DNA from: Desulfovibrio sp. Dsv1
GTDB taxonomy: Bacteria; Desulfobacterota; Desulfovibrionia; Desulfovibrionales; Desulfovibrionaceae
Assembly (NCBI GenBank): GCA_000403945.1
Contig: APFI01000050.1
Span: 1 to 54,544, forward strand
DNA: 54,544 nt
Direction of reading: 5' to 3'
Positions within the stretch are counted from its first letter, which is position 1. The number at the start of each line of letters is the position of its first letter. A program made the position numbers and the translations under genes. The notes below the pieces were generated by a model. It saw only the letters and a list, made by a program, of their open reading frames with translations, ran no database searches and was not told where the DNA came from. This document shows positions 18,493 to 26,972 of this stretch, in pieces.

Positions 18493-20648
18493 AGCTGCTG
18501 ATTGTGGAAAGCCCCGGCAAGATCAGGAAATTACAGGACATCCTGGGCGCGGAATGGCGCGTTGCCGCCAGTTGCGGCCATGTACGCGATCTGCCGAATC
18601 AGGGCTATGGCCTGGAGCCGCCGGATTTCAATCTCCGGTATACGGAAACCAAGCCGGATGTGCTGAAAAAGCTGGCCGCTCTGGCCAGGGACGCTGATGA
18701 GGTGTTTCTGGCCTCTGACCCGGATCGGGAAGGAGAGGCCATCTCCTGGCATCTGAAGGATGCGCTGGGGCTCAGCTCCTATAAGCGTGTGACCTATACG
18801 GCCATCACTCCCCAGGATGTCCGGTCGGGCCTGGACAGCCCGCGCGACATTGACATGAACCTCGTCCACGCCCAGGAAGCGCGTCGGGCTCTTGACCGCC
18901 TGTGCGGCTACAAGGTTTCAGGGCCGCTGTGTCGGGCGTTGCGGGAAGAAAAAATGTCCGCCGGGCGGGTACAGAGTCCTGCCGTCCGAATTGTGGTGGA
19001 GAGGGAGCGGGCCATCCGGTCCTTTGTCTCCACCACACATTACGGAGTGGAACTGCTGTTTGAGGCTGTGGAAAATATCTCCGAGGGCTGGAAGGCGGCC
19101 TGGTTGCCCGGGGAAGGCTGGCTGGAGGAGGGCCAGGAGTATTTCCTGGATCAAACCGCTGCCGGGAAAATAGCCGCTCTGCGGACTCTGGATATTCTCT
19201 CCTGCGAAGAGAAGGAAAGCCGCACGGCACCGCCCGCGCCTTTTACCACGTCATCATTGCAGCAGGCGGCCAGCAATGCCCTGAAGTTCAAACCCAAAAG
19301 GACGATGGAGCTGGCGCAGAAACTCTATGAGGCCGGGCATATAACCTACATGCGCACGGACAGCCCCAACTTGAGCGAAAGCGCCATTGCCGAGATCAGG
19401 GCCTATTGCGACGCCCAGGGCTGGCCCCTGCCGGCAAAATCGCGCACCTGGAAGAGCAAGGCCGGCGCCCAGGAGGCCCATGAGGCCATCCGCCCCACGC
19501 ATGTGGACATGGAAGAAGCCGGAGAAACGGACGATGAAAAAGCCCTGTACCGGCTGATCCGCATTCGGACGCTGGCCAGCCAGCTCGCGGATGCGGTCTT
19601 TGACGTGCGCGTGGCCAGGCTCGTCGGGGACGTGGACGGCAAAAGGGCCGTGTTTGAGGCTAAAGGCCGAACGCTCAGGGAACCGGGCTGGAAAGTGGTC
19701 ATGGCGACGGACGCTTCCCTGGCCGACGCTGAGGAAGCGGAGCCTGACAACGCCGTGCCGGACCTCAAGGCCGGATGCCAGGCAACGGCTATCCAGGGCG
19801 AAGTGAAGACGAAAAAGACAAAACCCGCCTCACGCTTCTCCGAGGCATCGCTGATCCGCGAGATGGAAAAGCGCGGCATCGGCCGCCCGGCCACCTATGC
19901 CGCCATCATGGAAAACATCACCTCACGCGCCTATGTGAAAGAAGAAAAAGGCTTTCTCGTGCCCACGCCGCGCGGAGAAAAGCTGGTGAACGCCCTCGTG
20001 GGCGCATTTGGCTTTCTGGATCTGGATTTTACCAGCCACATGGAAGAACGCCTTGATGACGTGGCCGGCGGCAAGGTCAGCTATGTGGAGTGCGTCGGCG
20101 TGTTCCATGCCCAGCTCATGGAAGAGCTGGGCAAGTTCGTCCAGGTGCACGCCGTCCCTTGTCCGGCCTGCGGTGATCAGGAGCAGTTCCGGCATATCCG
20201 CTCCAGGGAAAAAGGCTGGAATTTCTGGGGCTGCAAGGCCTGCGGTGCCACCTTCGCCGATGACAACGGTCGGCCTGGTCCCAGGCGGGAAAAGGGTACT
20301 GCGGAACTGACGGAGTTTTCGTGCGAGAAGTGCGGCAAGCCTCTCCAGCACCTCAAAGGTACGAAAAAAGACGGTTCCGGCCAGTATGACTTCTTTGCCT
20401 GCTCGGACAAGGAGTGCGACGCGAAGTACGACAATGTGGACGGCAAACCCGTTGCCCATGAGGCTCCGGCGCTGTCCGAACACAAGTGCAAAAAATGTGG
20501 CAAGCCACTGGCGTTGTTTGAAGGCACAAGTCGGGCGGGCAAGCCTTACAAAAAATTCAACTGTTCTGGTTACCCCCGTTGCCGGCAAAGTTATTGGGGA
20601 AAGGATGACGGTACGCCAGACTATGAAAATCCCGTCAAACCGAAGTAG
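18489..20648 (+). CDS. Element-encoded type IA DNA topoisomerase with C-terminal zinc ribbons
   Basis: LLIVESPGK, DPDREGE, SAGRVQS, ITYMRTDS, AQEAHEAIRPT, GIGRPATY. Confidence 0.95.
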   Translation: MKLLIVESPGKIRKLQDILGAEWRVAASCGHVRDLPNQGYGLEPPDFNLRYTETKPDVLKKLAALARDADEVFLASDPDREGEAISWHLKDALGLSSYKRVTYTAITPQDVRSGLDSPRDIDMNLVHAQEARRALDRLCGYKVSGPLCRALREEKMSAGRVQSPAVRIVVERERAIRSFVSTTHYGVELLFEAVENISEGWKAAWLPGEGWLEEGQEYFLDQTAAGKIAALRTLDILSCEEKESRTAPPAPFTTSSLQQAASNALKFKPKRTMELAQKLYEAGHITYMRTDSPNLSESAIAEIRAYCDAQGWPLPAKSRTWKSKAGAQEAHEAIRPTHVDMEEAGETDDEKALYRLIRIRTLASQLADAVFDVRVARLVGDVDGKRAVFEAKGRTLREPGWKVVMATDASLADAEEAEPDNAVPDLKAGCQATAIQGEVKTKKTKPASRFSEASLIREMEKRGIGRPATYAAIMENITSRAYVKEEKGFLVPTPRGEKLVNALVGAFGFLDLDFTSHMEERLDDVAGGKVSYVECVGVFHAQLMEELGKFVQVHAVPCPACGDQEQFRHIRSREKGWNFWGCKACGATFADDNGRPGPRREKGTAELTEFSCEKCGKPLQHLKGTKKDGSGQYDFFACSDKECDAKYDNVDGKPVAHEAPALSEHKCKKCGKPLALFEGTSRAGKPYKKFNCSGYPRCRQSYWGKDDGTPDYENPVKPK

Positions 20649-20679
20649 GAGGGTAATGTGAAAAAAACGTCTTTCGGCA

Positions 20680-20940
20680 ATGTTTGAAAATAGTGTTGTC
20701 ATTCAGGACGGGGTGCATGAAGAAGTACTTTGTCCGCATTGCGACGAACCTCTTGTTTTTGGTATGAAAGATAATACGCACGAGTTTTCCACAGGGTTGA
20801 CAAAAATCCTTGAGTGTCTGGTTGTCGCGGAACACATGGGATATGTTCCCCCATTCCCGGATGACTGGTGGGTGTCGGCAAGCAGACGTTACGCTTTTAT
20901 CCCGGACGTTCGGAATCATTTGCAGCATAAAAGGGAGTAG
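20680..20940 (+). CDS. Hypothetical protein (CPHC motif)
   Basis: 86-aa ORF directly after the topoisomerase. Confidence 0.55.
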   Translation: MFENSVVIQDGVHEEVLCPHCDEPLVFGMKDNTHEFSTGLTKILECLVVAEHMGYVPPFPDDWWVSASRRYAFIPDVRNHLQHKRE

Positions 20941-20942
20941 AC

Positions 20943-21087
20943 ATGCACGTTTACAAGCTGAAAACAGGACTGCAACCTATCAAGCCTTATCGAAAAAGAG
21001 CAGTTTGAGCGTGATACCGGCAAACAGCCTCCCTGGTATCAGAAAAATGGGGATGAAATGGTTCAATACGCAGTCTGTCCAGCTTGT
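20943..21087 (+). pseudogene. 5' remnant of a CxxC-containing hypothetical gene, frameshifted and cut by a deletion
   Basis: GGGAG RBS, MHVYKLKTG, then in another frame EQFERDTGKQPPWYQ...YAVCPAC, ending where hsdM similarity begins. Confidence 0.5.
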
Positions 21088-21089
21088 TA

Positions 21090-22156
21090 CCGAAGTGCGT
21101 TCGGCGCATCTGTTCAACGGCTTATATGAGGGAATGCTCAAAGACCTGCAAAGTGCGGGCAAGGCAGGCGAGTTTTATACCCCCCGTCCCGTGACTTGCT
21201 TTATCGTCAAAATGGTTGCCCCCAAATTGGGTGAAAGTGTCCTTGACCCGGCCTGCGGCACGGGTGGATTTCTGGCCAGCGCCATCGACACCATGTTGCC
21301 CAAGGCAACAACCCCCGAAGCCTATCAGGTGCTTCAAGGCAGCATTCAGGGCATAGAAAAAAAGCCTTTTCCTTACCTTCTTTGCGTGACCAACCTCATT
21401 GCCCACGGCATAGACGTGCCCGACATCCGGCATGACAACACATTGCGTAAACCCGTCAGTGATTACACGCTCAAGCAGAAGGTGGATGTTATCATCACCA
21501 ACCCGCCTTTCGGAGGAGCCGAGGAAAAGGCCATAGCCAATTCCGTGCCTGCCGAACTGCGGAATACGGAAACCGCCGACTTGTTTTTGGTGCACATCAT
21601 GGCCTTGCTCAAAGACGGCGGGCGGTGCGGGCTGGTGCTGCCGGACGGCTTTCTTTTTGGCGACGGGGCCAAGGCCATGATCAAGAAAAAGCTTCTGGAA
21701 GAGAACGACCTGCACACCATCATCCGTTTGCCCAAGAGCGTCTTTGCCCCATATACCGGCATCAACACCAATTTGCTGTTTTTCACCAAGGGTAAGCCCA
21801 CAAAGGGTGTATGGTTCTATCGACTCGAAATGCCGCAAGGTTACAAGCATTTTTCCAAAACCAAGCCCATGCAGGATGAACACTTTAAACCTGTTCTTGA
21901 GTGGTGGGGTAAAGCAGAAAAAGGCCAATGGATTGGCCGCACGGAAAGTGATGTGTCGCAATATGTGCCGGTGGAAGACATTATTGCAGGCGGATATAAT
22001 CTTGATTTATGCGGCTTCCCGCATGAAACGGTGGAGATTTTGCCGCCTGAGGAGTTTATTGCCCACTACCTGCATGAAAAGAGCGTCATCTCTGGGCGTA
22101 TTGAAAGCATTCTTGGACGCATTTCTGCCGCCATGAATCAGGAGTTCAACGCATGA
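21090..22156 (+). pseudogene. hsdM: Type I R-M methyltransferase HsdM, N-terminally truncated, catalytic domain intact
   Basis: HLFNGLYE..LKDLQSAG.AGEFYTPR, DPACGTGGF, NPPF, LPDGFLFG; HsdM N-terminal domain absent. Confidence 0.85.
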
Positions 22157-23757
22157 AGGCCGCCGACCTGCGCAAGTCCATTCTTCAGGCAGCGGTGCAG
22201 GGCAAACTTGTGCCTCAGAATCCGCATGACGAGCCAGCGACTACGCTGCTGGAGCGGATCAGAAAAGAAAAGTCCCAGCTTATAAAAAAGGGAAAGATAA
22301 AAAAAGAAAAGCCGCTGCCGCCTATCACTGAAGACAAGATACCTTATGATCTGCCTGACAGGTGGGCTTGGTGCAGACTCGGCGAAGTGATAGAAAAAAA
22401 TACGGGTGGCGGCACGCCTTCAAAACAAAACAGTGATTATTGGGGAGGGGATATTCCTTGGGCAAGCGTCAAGGATATGAATGTCGAATATATCTCTAAA
22501 ACTGAGGATAATATTACCATAAAGGGTCTTGAAAATAGCTCAACTAATCTTATTGAAGAAGATAGCATAATTGTTTGCACAAGAATGGGGCTAGGAAAGA
22601 TTGCTGTCAATACAATCCCCTTGGCAATAAACCAAGACCTCCGAGCACTGCGATTATCAGCGTTCATTGATAAACAGTATTTTATTCTCGCCTATAAGAC
22701 ATTTGCCATTACTGGCTCTGGAATGACAGTCAAAGGGATTAAGATTGATGAGCTCCATAGCTTTCTCTTTCCTCTCCCTCCCCTTGCCGAACAGCAGCGC
22801 ATTGTCGTGGCCGTCAATGGACTCATGGCCCTCTGCGACGAGCTCGAAGCTGCTGAAAAAGAACTCAATATCCTTGAATCCGACTTTACTGAGTATCTGC
22901 CAAAATCCATTTTGCAGGCAGCAGTTCAAGGCAAACTGGTTCCGCAAAATATTCATGACGAACCTGCGGACAAACTCTTGGAGCGCATAAGGGCAGAAAA
23001 AGCCAAACTGGTAAAAAGTGGCAAACTCAAGAAAGAAAAGCCGCTTCCTCCCATCACTGAAGACGAAATACCCTATGACCTGCCTGACGGATGGGTTTGG
23101 TGTCGGCTGGGGGATGTCTGCCAAGTCAACCCGCGTAATAAGCTGACGGATGAAATGCATGTATCCTTTGTACCAATGACGCTTATCTCCAGTGACTTCT
23201 TTGGCGGGCACCAGCAAGAGCAAAGAGTATGGCGCGACGTAAAAAGTGATTTTACGCATTTTGCAGAAGGCGATATCGTCATTGCAAAGATAACACCTTG
23301 TTTTCAAAATAAAAAATCATGTATTGTGCGTGGGCTCAAAAATGGCTTTGGGGCTGGAACGACCGAACTGCATGTGCTTCGTCCCATTCACATTTTGCCA
23401 GAATACATTTTGATCTACGCCAAATCTCCAGATTTTTTGGATGATGGTGTAAAAAATATGACTGGGACAGCGGGACAACAAAGAGTACCAACAGACTTTG
23501 TGCGTAGTGCAATTATTCCACTCCCCCCTCTTGCCGATCAGCAACGTATCGTCGCCAAAGTCAACGAACTCATGTCGCTGTGCGATGCGCTCAAAGCCGC
23601 TCATGATACGCCTGTTGGCGCTTCAATAGCCGCAACAGTAATTCCTTTTCCGCCTCAGGAAGAGGAGCCGGAAATGCTCATGGCAGCGCGAGGTGCAGTG
23701 CCCAAGGCTCCTTCCAAGGCCTTGCAGAATGCGCGCAATAGATTGTTTGAGGATTAG
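22153..23757 (+). CDS. hsdS: Type I R-M specificity subunit HsdS, two TRDs plus extra ~50-aa C-terminal tail
   Basis: Duplicated KSILQAAVQGKLVPQ..PYDLP..W.WCRLG and PLPPLA(E/D)QQRIV; ATGA overlap with hsdM. Confidence 0.95.
   Translation: MKAADLRKSILQAAVQGKLVPQNPHDEPATTLLERIRKEKSQLIKKGKIKKEKPLPPITEDKIPYDLPDRWAWCRLGEVIEKNTGGGTPSKQNSDYWGGDIPWASVKDMNVEYISKTEDNITIKGLENSSTNLIEEDSIIVCTRMGLGKIAVNTIPLAINQDLRALRLSAFIDKQYFILAYKTFAITGSGMTVKGIKIDELHSFLFPLPPLAEQQRIVVAVNGLMALCDELEAAEKELNILESDFTEYLPKSILQAAVQGKLVPQNIHDEPADKLLERIRAEKAKLVKSGKLKKEKPLPPITEDEIPYDLPDGWVWCRLGDVCQVNPRNKLTDEMHVSFVPMTLISSDFFGGHQQEQRVWRDVKSDFTHFAEGDIVIAKITPCFQNKKSCIVRGLKNGFGAGTTELHVLRPIHILPEYILIYAKSPDFLDDGVKNMTGTAGQQRVPTDFVRSAIIPLPPLADQQRIVAKVNELMSLCDALKAAHDTPVGASIAATVIPFPPQEEEPEMLMAARGAVPKAPSKALQNARNRLFED
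22174..23118 (+). repeat. 216-bp internal direct repeat of hsdS (22174-22389 and 22903-23118)
   Basis: Same length, near-identical translations, flanking TRD1. Confidence 0.85.
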
Positions 23758-23759
23758 CC

Positions 23760-24527
23760 GTGGATAGCCCAACGGCTAAAGCTGAATGGGTTCTGGCTAC
23801 ATATGGGGTTGGCGACAGACCAGCCGCTGCCCTGTACAGCATTGCCGAACAGGCGGGTATTCGTTACGGCTATGAGGAATTGCCCGAAGAACCGGACTTG
23901 TGCGGGGAGCTCCTCTACAAAGGCGAAAAAAAGGCCATTCTCATCAACACATTCAACAGTAAGCCTGTCCGCCAGACGTTCACATTTGCTCATGAGCTGG
24001 GCCATTACTTCCTGCAACACCCACCAAGCTATCGTGCTGACGGCACACGCGGTTTTGCCTGCACGCAAACCGACATAAAAAAAGGGCTCCAGCAAGAAGC
24101 GGAAGCTAACCGCTTTGCCGTAGCCCTGCTCATGCCTGAGCGCATGTTCCGTCCTCTCATGGCAGGTTCGGTACTGGACTTCACCCTCATTGACAGCCTT
24201 GCCAGAGAGTTCGAGGTGTCCAAACACGCCTGCTCATTCCGTATCCTTGACTTTATCCGTGATCCCTATGCGGTTATCACTTCCAGCGGGTACAACGTAA
24301 TAACCCTGAAGACATCACGAGCAGGACGCGGCTATCTGCCCGCCCTGAAAACCATTCCCCATGATACCGCCGCTCATGTCGCCATTACCCACAAGCGCAG
24401 CCAGGAGTCTTTCACGCCCTGCCCGCCTGAAAGGTGGCTGGCAAGGCCCATACCTGCGCAATACGTTTATGAATGCACGCGCGGTCATTTTGCCTCCGGC
24501 GTGGCGATGACCATCTTACGGTGGTAG
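23760..24527 (+). CDS. ImmA/IrrE-family zinc metallopeptidase with C-terminal extension
   Basis: RQTFTFAHELGH, EAEANRFAVALLMP, LAREFEVS HTH-like segment; GTG start 2 nt after the hsdS stop. Confidence 0.9.
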   Translation: MDSPTAKAEWVLATYGVGDRPAAALYSIAEQAGIRYGYEELPEEPDLCGELLYKGEKKAILINTFNSKPVRQTFTFAHELGHYFLQHPPSYRADGTRGFACTQTDIKKGLQQEAEANRFAVALLMPERMFRPLMAGSVLDFTLIDSLAREFEVSKHACSFRILDFIRDPYAVITSSGYNVITLKTSRAGRGYLPALKTIPHDTAAHVAITHKRSQESFTPCPPERWLARPIPAQYVYECTRGHFASGVAMTILRW

Positions 24528-24545
24528 CCTGCGCTCCATGCATTT

Positions 24546-24845
24546 TTACTGTGCGCACGTTTTAGCTTGGTTCGCAGGAACTAGGGTAACCCCACCTTCA
24601 AGGGTAAACACACCTGACTTATCATTATTACAGGCCGTGCAGAAGGGTACAATCCACTCTCCATCAGCAGCAGGATTGTAGATATGTGCGCCAACCTCTG
24701 CGGCACCCTTGCAAGCTGCCACATAACAATTAGTCGGCCAGCTTTTTCCTGAGCCGTTAATCCAATGAACTTTCCAAGAGCCACAGTTACAACTGCGCTT
24801 CGATGTCCCACCCTTATTTTTCCACCCAGCAATAGGTAAACTCAT
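24546..24845 (-). CDS. Small Cys/His-rich protein, possible HNH-like zinc finger
   Basis: AGGAGG RBS; CxC, Cx4C..GAHI..VPFCxxCN. Confidence 0.75.
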   Translation of the reverse strand: MSLPIAGWKNKGGTSKRSCNCGSWKVHWINGSGKSWPTNCYVAACKGAAEVGAHIYNPAADGEWIVPFCTACNNDKSGVFTLEGGVTLVPANQAKTCAQ

Positions 24846-24856
24846 GATAGCCTCCT

Positions 24857-25039
24857 TTATGAACGTCTCCCGTCCTCTTCCTTGGCAACACCCTTGAACG
24901 GTTCGCCGTCTTGTTTGACATCAATGAACTTGCCAGTATTGGCATCTCGCTTCGTCCAGTTTCCAGTTTTAGGGTTTTGTGATTGAGTGCGATCGTTGAC
25001 GGAGCCTTTTCGATGACCTTCACCAGTGTTTTTAGCCAT
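24857..25039 (-). CDS. 60-aa charged protein with KRDxxTGKF motif
   Basis: GGAGG RBS; co-oriented 11 nt upstream of the Cys-rich gene. Confidence 0.75.
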   Translation of the reverse strand: MAKNTGEGHRKGSVNDRTQSQNPKTGNWTKRDANTGKFIDVKQDGEPFKGVAKEEDGRRS

Positions 25040-25073
25040 TTTGCCCTCCCATGTATTTTTTTGTACATAATCA

Positions 25074-25091
25074 TTGACAAGCCACTGTCAA
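25074..25091. promoter_or_regulatory. Palindrome TTGACA-N6-TGTCAA (-35 element or operator)
   Basis: Perfect 6-bp inverted repeat ~35 nt upstream of the 60-aa gene. Confidence 0.5.
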
Positions 25092-25114
25092 GGCACAAAT
25101 TTCAGCACTCACTG

Positions 25115-25349
25115 CTGGTTAGAAAACCTGGTTAGAAAATGGTTAGGAACGGGGTTGGGACAGCAATGGCCATCACCCTGGCGGCCCCATCTGAGGGGCC
25201 GCTGATCAAAGCTCCATGTTCTCACCACCCGCGCCGCAAGCCCCTTCAAACCCTGTCAGCCCGCATCAATACACGTCTTCCCGCATCCCCCATTTTCCCC
25301 TTCTGGTTAGGAATAGGTTAGGAAAAAGAAAAAGCACTTATGGTTAGGA
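25115..25349 (+). repeat. Clustered GGTTAG(A/G)A repeats, probable integrase arm-type sites
   Basis: Copies near 25115, 25128, 25140, 25303, 25315 and 25341, next to the tRNA 3' end. Confidence 0.7.
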
Positions 25350-25361
25350 TTCCATAAGTGC
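25323..25361 (-). terminator. Intrinsic terminator downstream of the tRNA
   Basis: 10-bp stem GCACTTATGG/CCATAAGTGC followed by T tract on the minus strand. Confidence 0.75.
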
Positions 25362-25371
25362 CTGTAATTTC

Positions 25372-25448
25372 TGGTTGCGGGGGCAGGATTTGAACCTGCG
25401 GCCTTCGGGTTATGAGCCCGACGAGCTACCGAGCTGCTCCACCCCGCG
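25372..25448 (-). tRNA. tRNA-Met (initiator fMet, CAT)
   Basis: CGCGGGGTGGAGCAGCTCGGTAGCTCGTCGGGCTCATAACCCGAAGG...GTTCAAATCCTGCCCCCGCAACCA; C1:A72 mismatch, three G-C anticodon-stem pairs. Confidence 0.98.
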
Positions 25449-25479
25449 CCATGTGGCGGCATGTCATGTCACGCGGAAA

Positions 25480-25508
25480 GATATAGACCTGCGGATGAAG
25501 TCTGTCAA
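25480..25508 (-). promoter_or_regulatory. Sigma70 promoter of the tRNA
   Basis: TTGACA-17-TATATC. Confidence 0.65.
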
Positions 25509-25763
25509 GAAAAGCCGCGCATTTTATTTCCGGCGCATCATTTTCCACTGTTTGTTGCGGCAAAACCGCGTGCCCCTCAACACAGAGCCTAAAACCATGC
25601 AACCTGCCGCCGTGCCGTCTCTCCTCATCAATTGTCCCCCGGGGGGCAATTGCCAAGTCCGTTCCGTCGGGCTATAGCTTATCCATATAAATACGGGCCA
25701 GCCCGCTGTGGTCCTTTCACGACCGCCGGGGCAGCCCTGCAAACCGCAGCAGGATGCCGCGTC

Positions 25764-26816
25764 ATGCTCACCCTTATATTGGCCGTCGGCATAGCCGTTC
25801 TGGTCTCGTTTTCCTGTTCGCTCACCGAGGCGGCCCTGTACGCCGTGCCCTGGTCCTCCATTGAACGTCTGCGCCGCATGGGCCGTCCCGTGGGCGAGCT
25901 GCTCTACAAAATGCGTATCGAGGTGGACAAGCCCATTGCCGCCATTCTGACCCTGAACACCGCAGCCAACACCGCCGGATCCACCATTGCGGGCGCGGCC
26001 TTTCTGGCGGCCTTCGGCGCGGAGCACATGGCGCTTTTCGCTCTGGGCTTCACCATTCTGATTTTGGCTTTCGGCGAAATCGTTCCCAAAACTCTGGGCG
26101 TGGCCTATGCCACGCCGTTGGCGAGCGCCTTGGGCCGCCCCCTGTACGTGATGGTCAAGCTGCTCTCTCCGGTACTCTGGCTCACGGGCATGCTCACCCG
26201 TCTGATGTCGCCGCCGTCCAGCGCGCCGCAGATTTCCGAGGACGACATCTGCGCCGTAACCAGCCTTTCGCGTCAAGCCGGACGGATCAAGCCCTATGAG
26301 GAGCACTTCATCCGCAATGTTCTGGCTCTGGACCAGAAACGCGTGCATGCAGTGATGACCCCGCGCACCGTGGTCTTCTCCCTGCCCGAGAACATCACTG
26401 TGGAAGATGCCTACAGGGATCCGCACATCTGGCACTTCAGCCGCATTCCCGTCTACGGCGAGGACAACGAGGATCTGGTGGGCCTGGTGGAGCGCCGCAC
26501 CTTGGGCCGCTGCATCAAGGAGGGCAAGCATGCCGTCCGCCTGTCCGCGATCATGCGGCCCCTGCACTTCGTGCAGGAAAGCCAGACGCTGGACCTGCTG
26601 CTGCGCGAACTGCTCAAGGCTCGCGTGCACCTGTTCGCCGTACTGGACGAATACGGAGGTCTGGCCGGCGTTGTCTCGCTGGAGGATGTGCTGGAGGAAA
26701 TTCTGGGCAGCGAAATCATGGATGAAAGCGACAATGTGGCGGACCTGCGCGCTCTGGCCCGCGACCGCCGCAAGGCTCTGACCCTCAAGAGGGCGCAGGA
26801 CAAGCCCGCCGCCTAG
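25764..26816 (+). CDS. CNNM/DUF21-CBS domain membrane protein
   Basis: SFSCSLTEAAL, FGEIVPK, VMTPR, FSRIPVY, VLDEYGG..GVVSLEDVLEEILG. Confidence 0.92.
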   Translation: MLTLILAVGIAVLVSFSCSLTEAALYAVPWSSIERLRRMGRPVGELLYKMRIEVDKPIAAILTLNTAANTAGSTIAGAAFLAAFGAEHMALFALGFTILILAFGEIVPKTLGVAYATPLASALGRPLYVMVKLLSPVLWLTGMLTRLMSPPSSAPQISEDDICAVTSLSRQAGRIKPYEEHFIRNVLALDQKRVHAVMTPRTVVFSLPENITVEDAYRDPHIWHFSRIPVYGEDNEDLVGLVERRTLGRCIKEGKHAVRLSAIMRPLHFVQESQTLDLLLRELLKARVHLFAVLDEYGGLAGVVSLEDVLEEILGSEIMDESDNVADLRALARDRRKALTLKRAQDKPAA

Positions 26817-26903
26817 CCGCATGGGGCCGTATTGCCCGGTCGCCGGAGCGCGAGAGGGCGCATGGGTCGTATCCTTTCACAATTATTAATAATAATTCTT
26901 ATC

Positions 26904-26932
26904 TTGTCAGAAAAATCGAAATGGACTAGGGT
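26904..26932 (+). promoter_or_regulatory. Probable sigma70 promoter of the ccm operon
   Basis: TTGTCA-17-TAGGGT preceded by an AT-rich tract. Confidence 0.5.
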
Positions 26933-26972
26933 ATAACAGCTTCACTCAGCGCAACACTGGGGTGACACACAC

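Larger units (their letters stand above)
1..25371. mobile_element. Integrative conjugative element (P-type trb T4SS plus type IVb pilus), end abutting tRNA-fMet; other end outside window
   Basis: Contiguous pil/trb/tra genes and cargo end at the 3' end of a tRNA, with clustered GGTTAG repeats; housekeeping genes follow. Confidence 0.85.

Noticed and set aside
20810..21089. ORF-track N-terminus of the 448-aa HsdM
   Set aside because: Overlaps two other genes and has no HsdM character; open frame by chance upstream of the deletion junction
25115..25349. CRISPR array or iteron origin
   Set aside because: Repeats are only 7-9 bp without spacers, and no cas or rep gene is present; tRNA adjacency fits att arms
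25375..25677. 100-aa ORF MRGQDLNLRPSGYEPDEL
   Set aside because: Antisense translation of the tRNA
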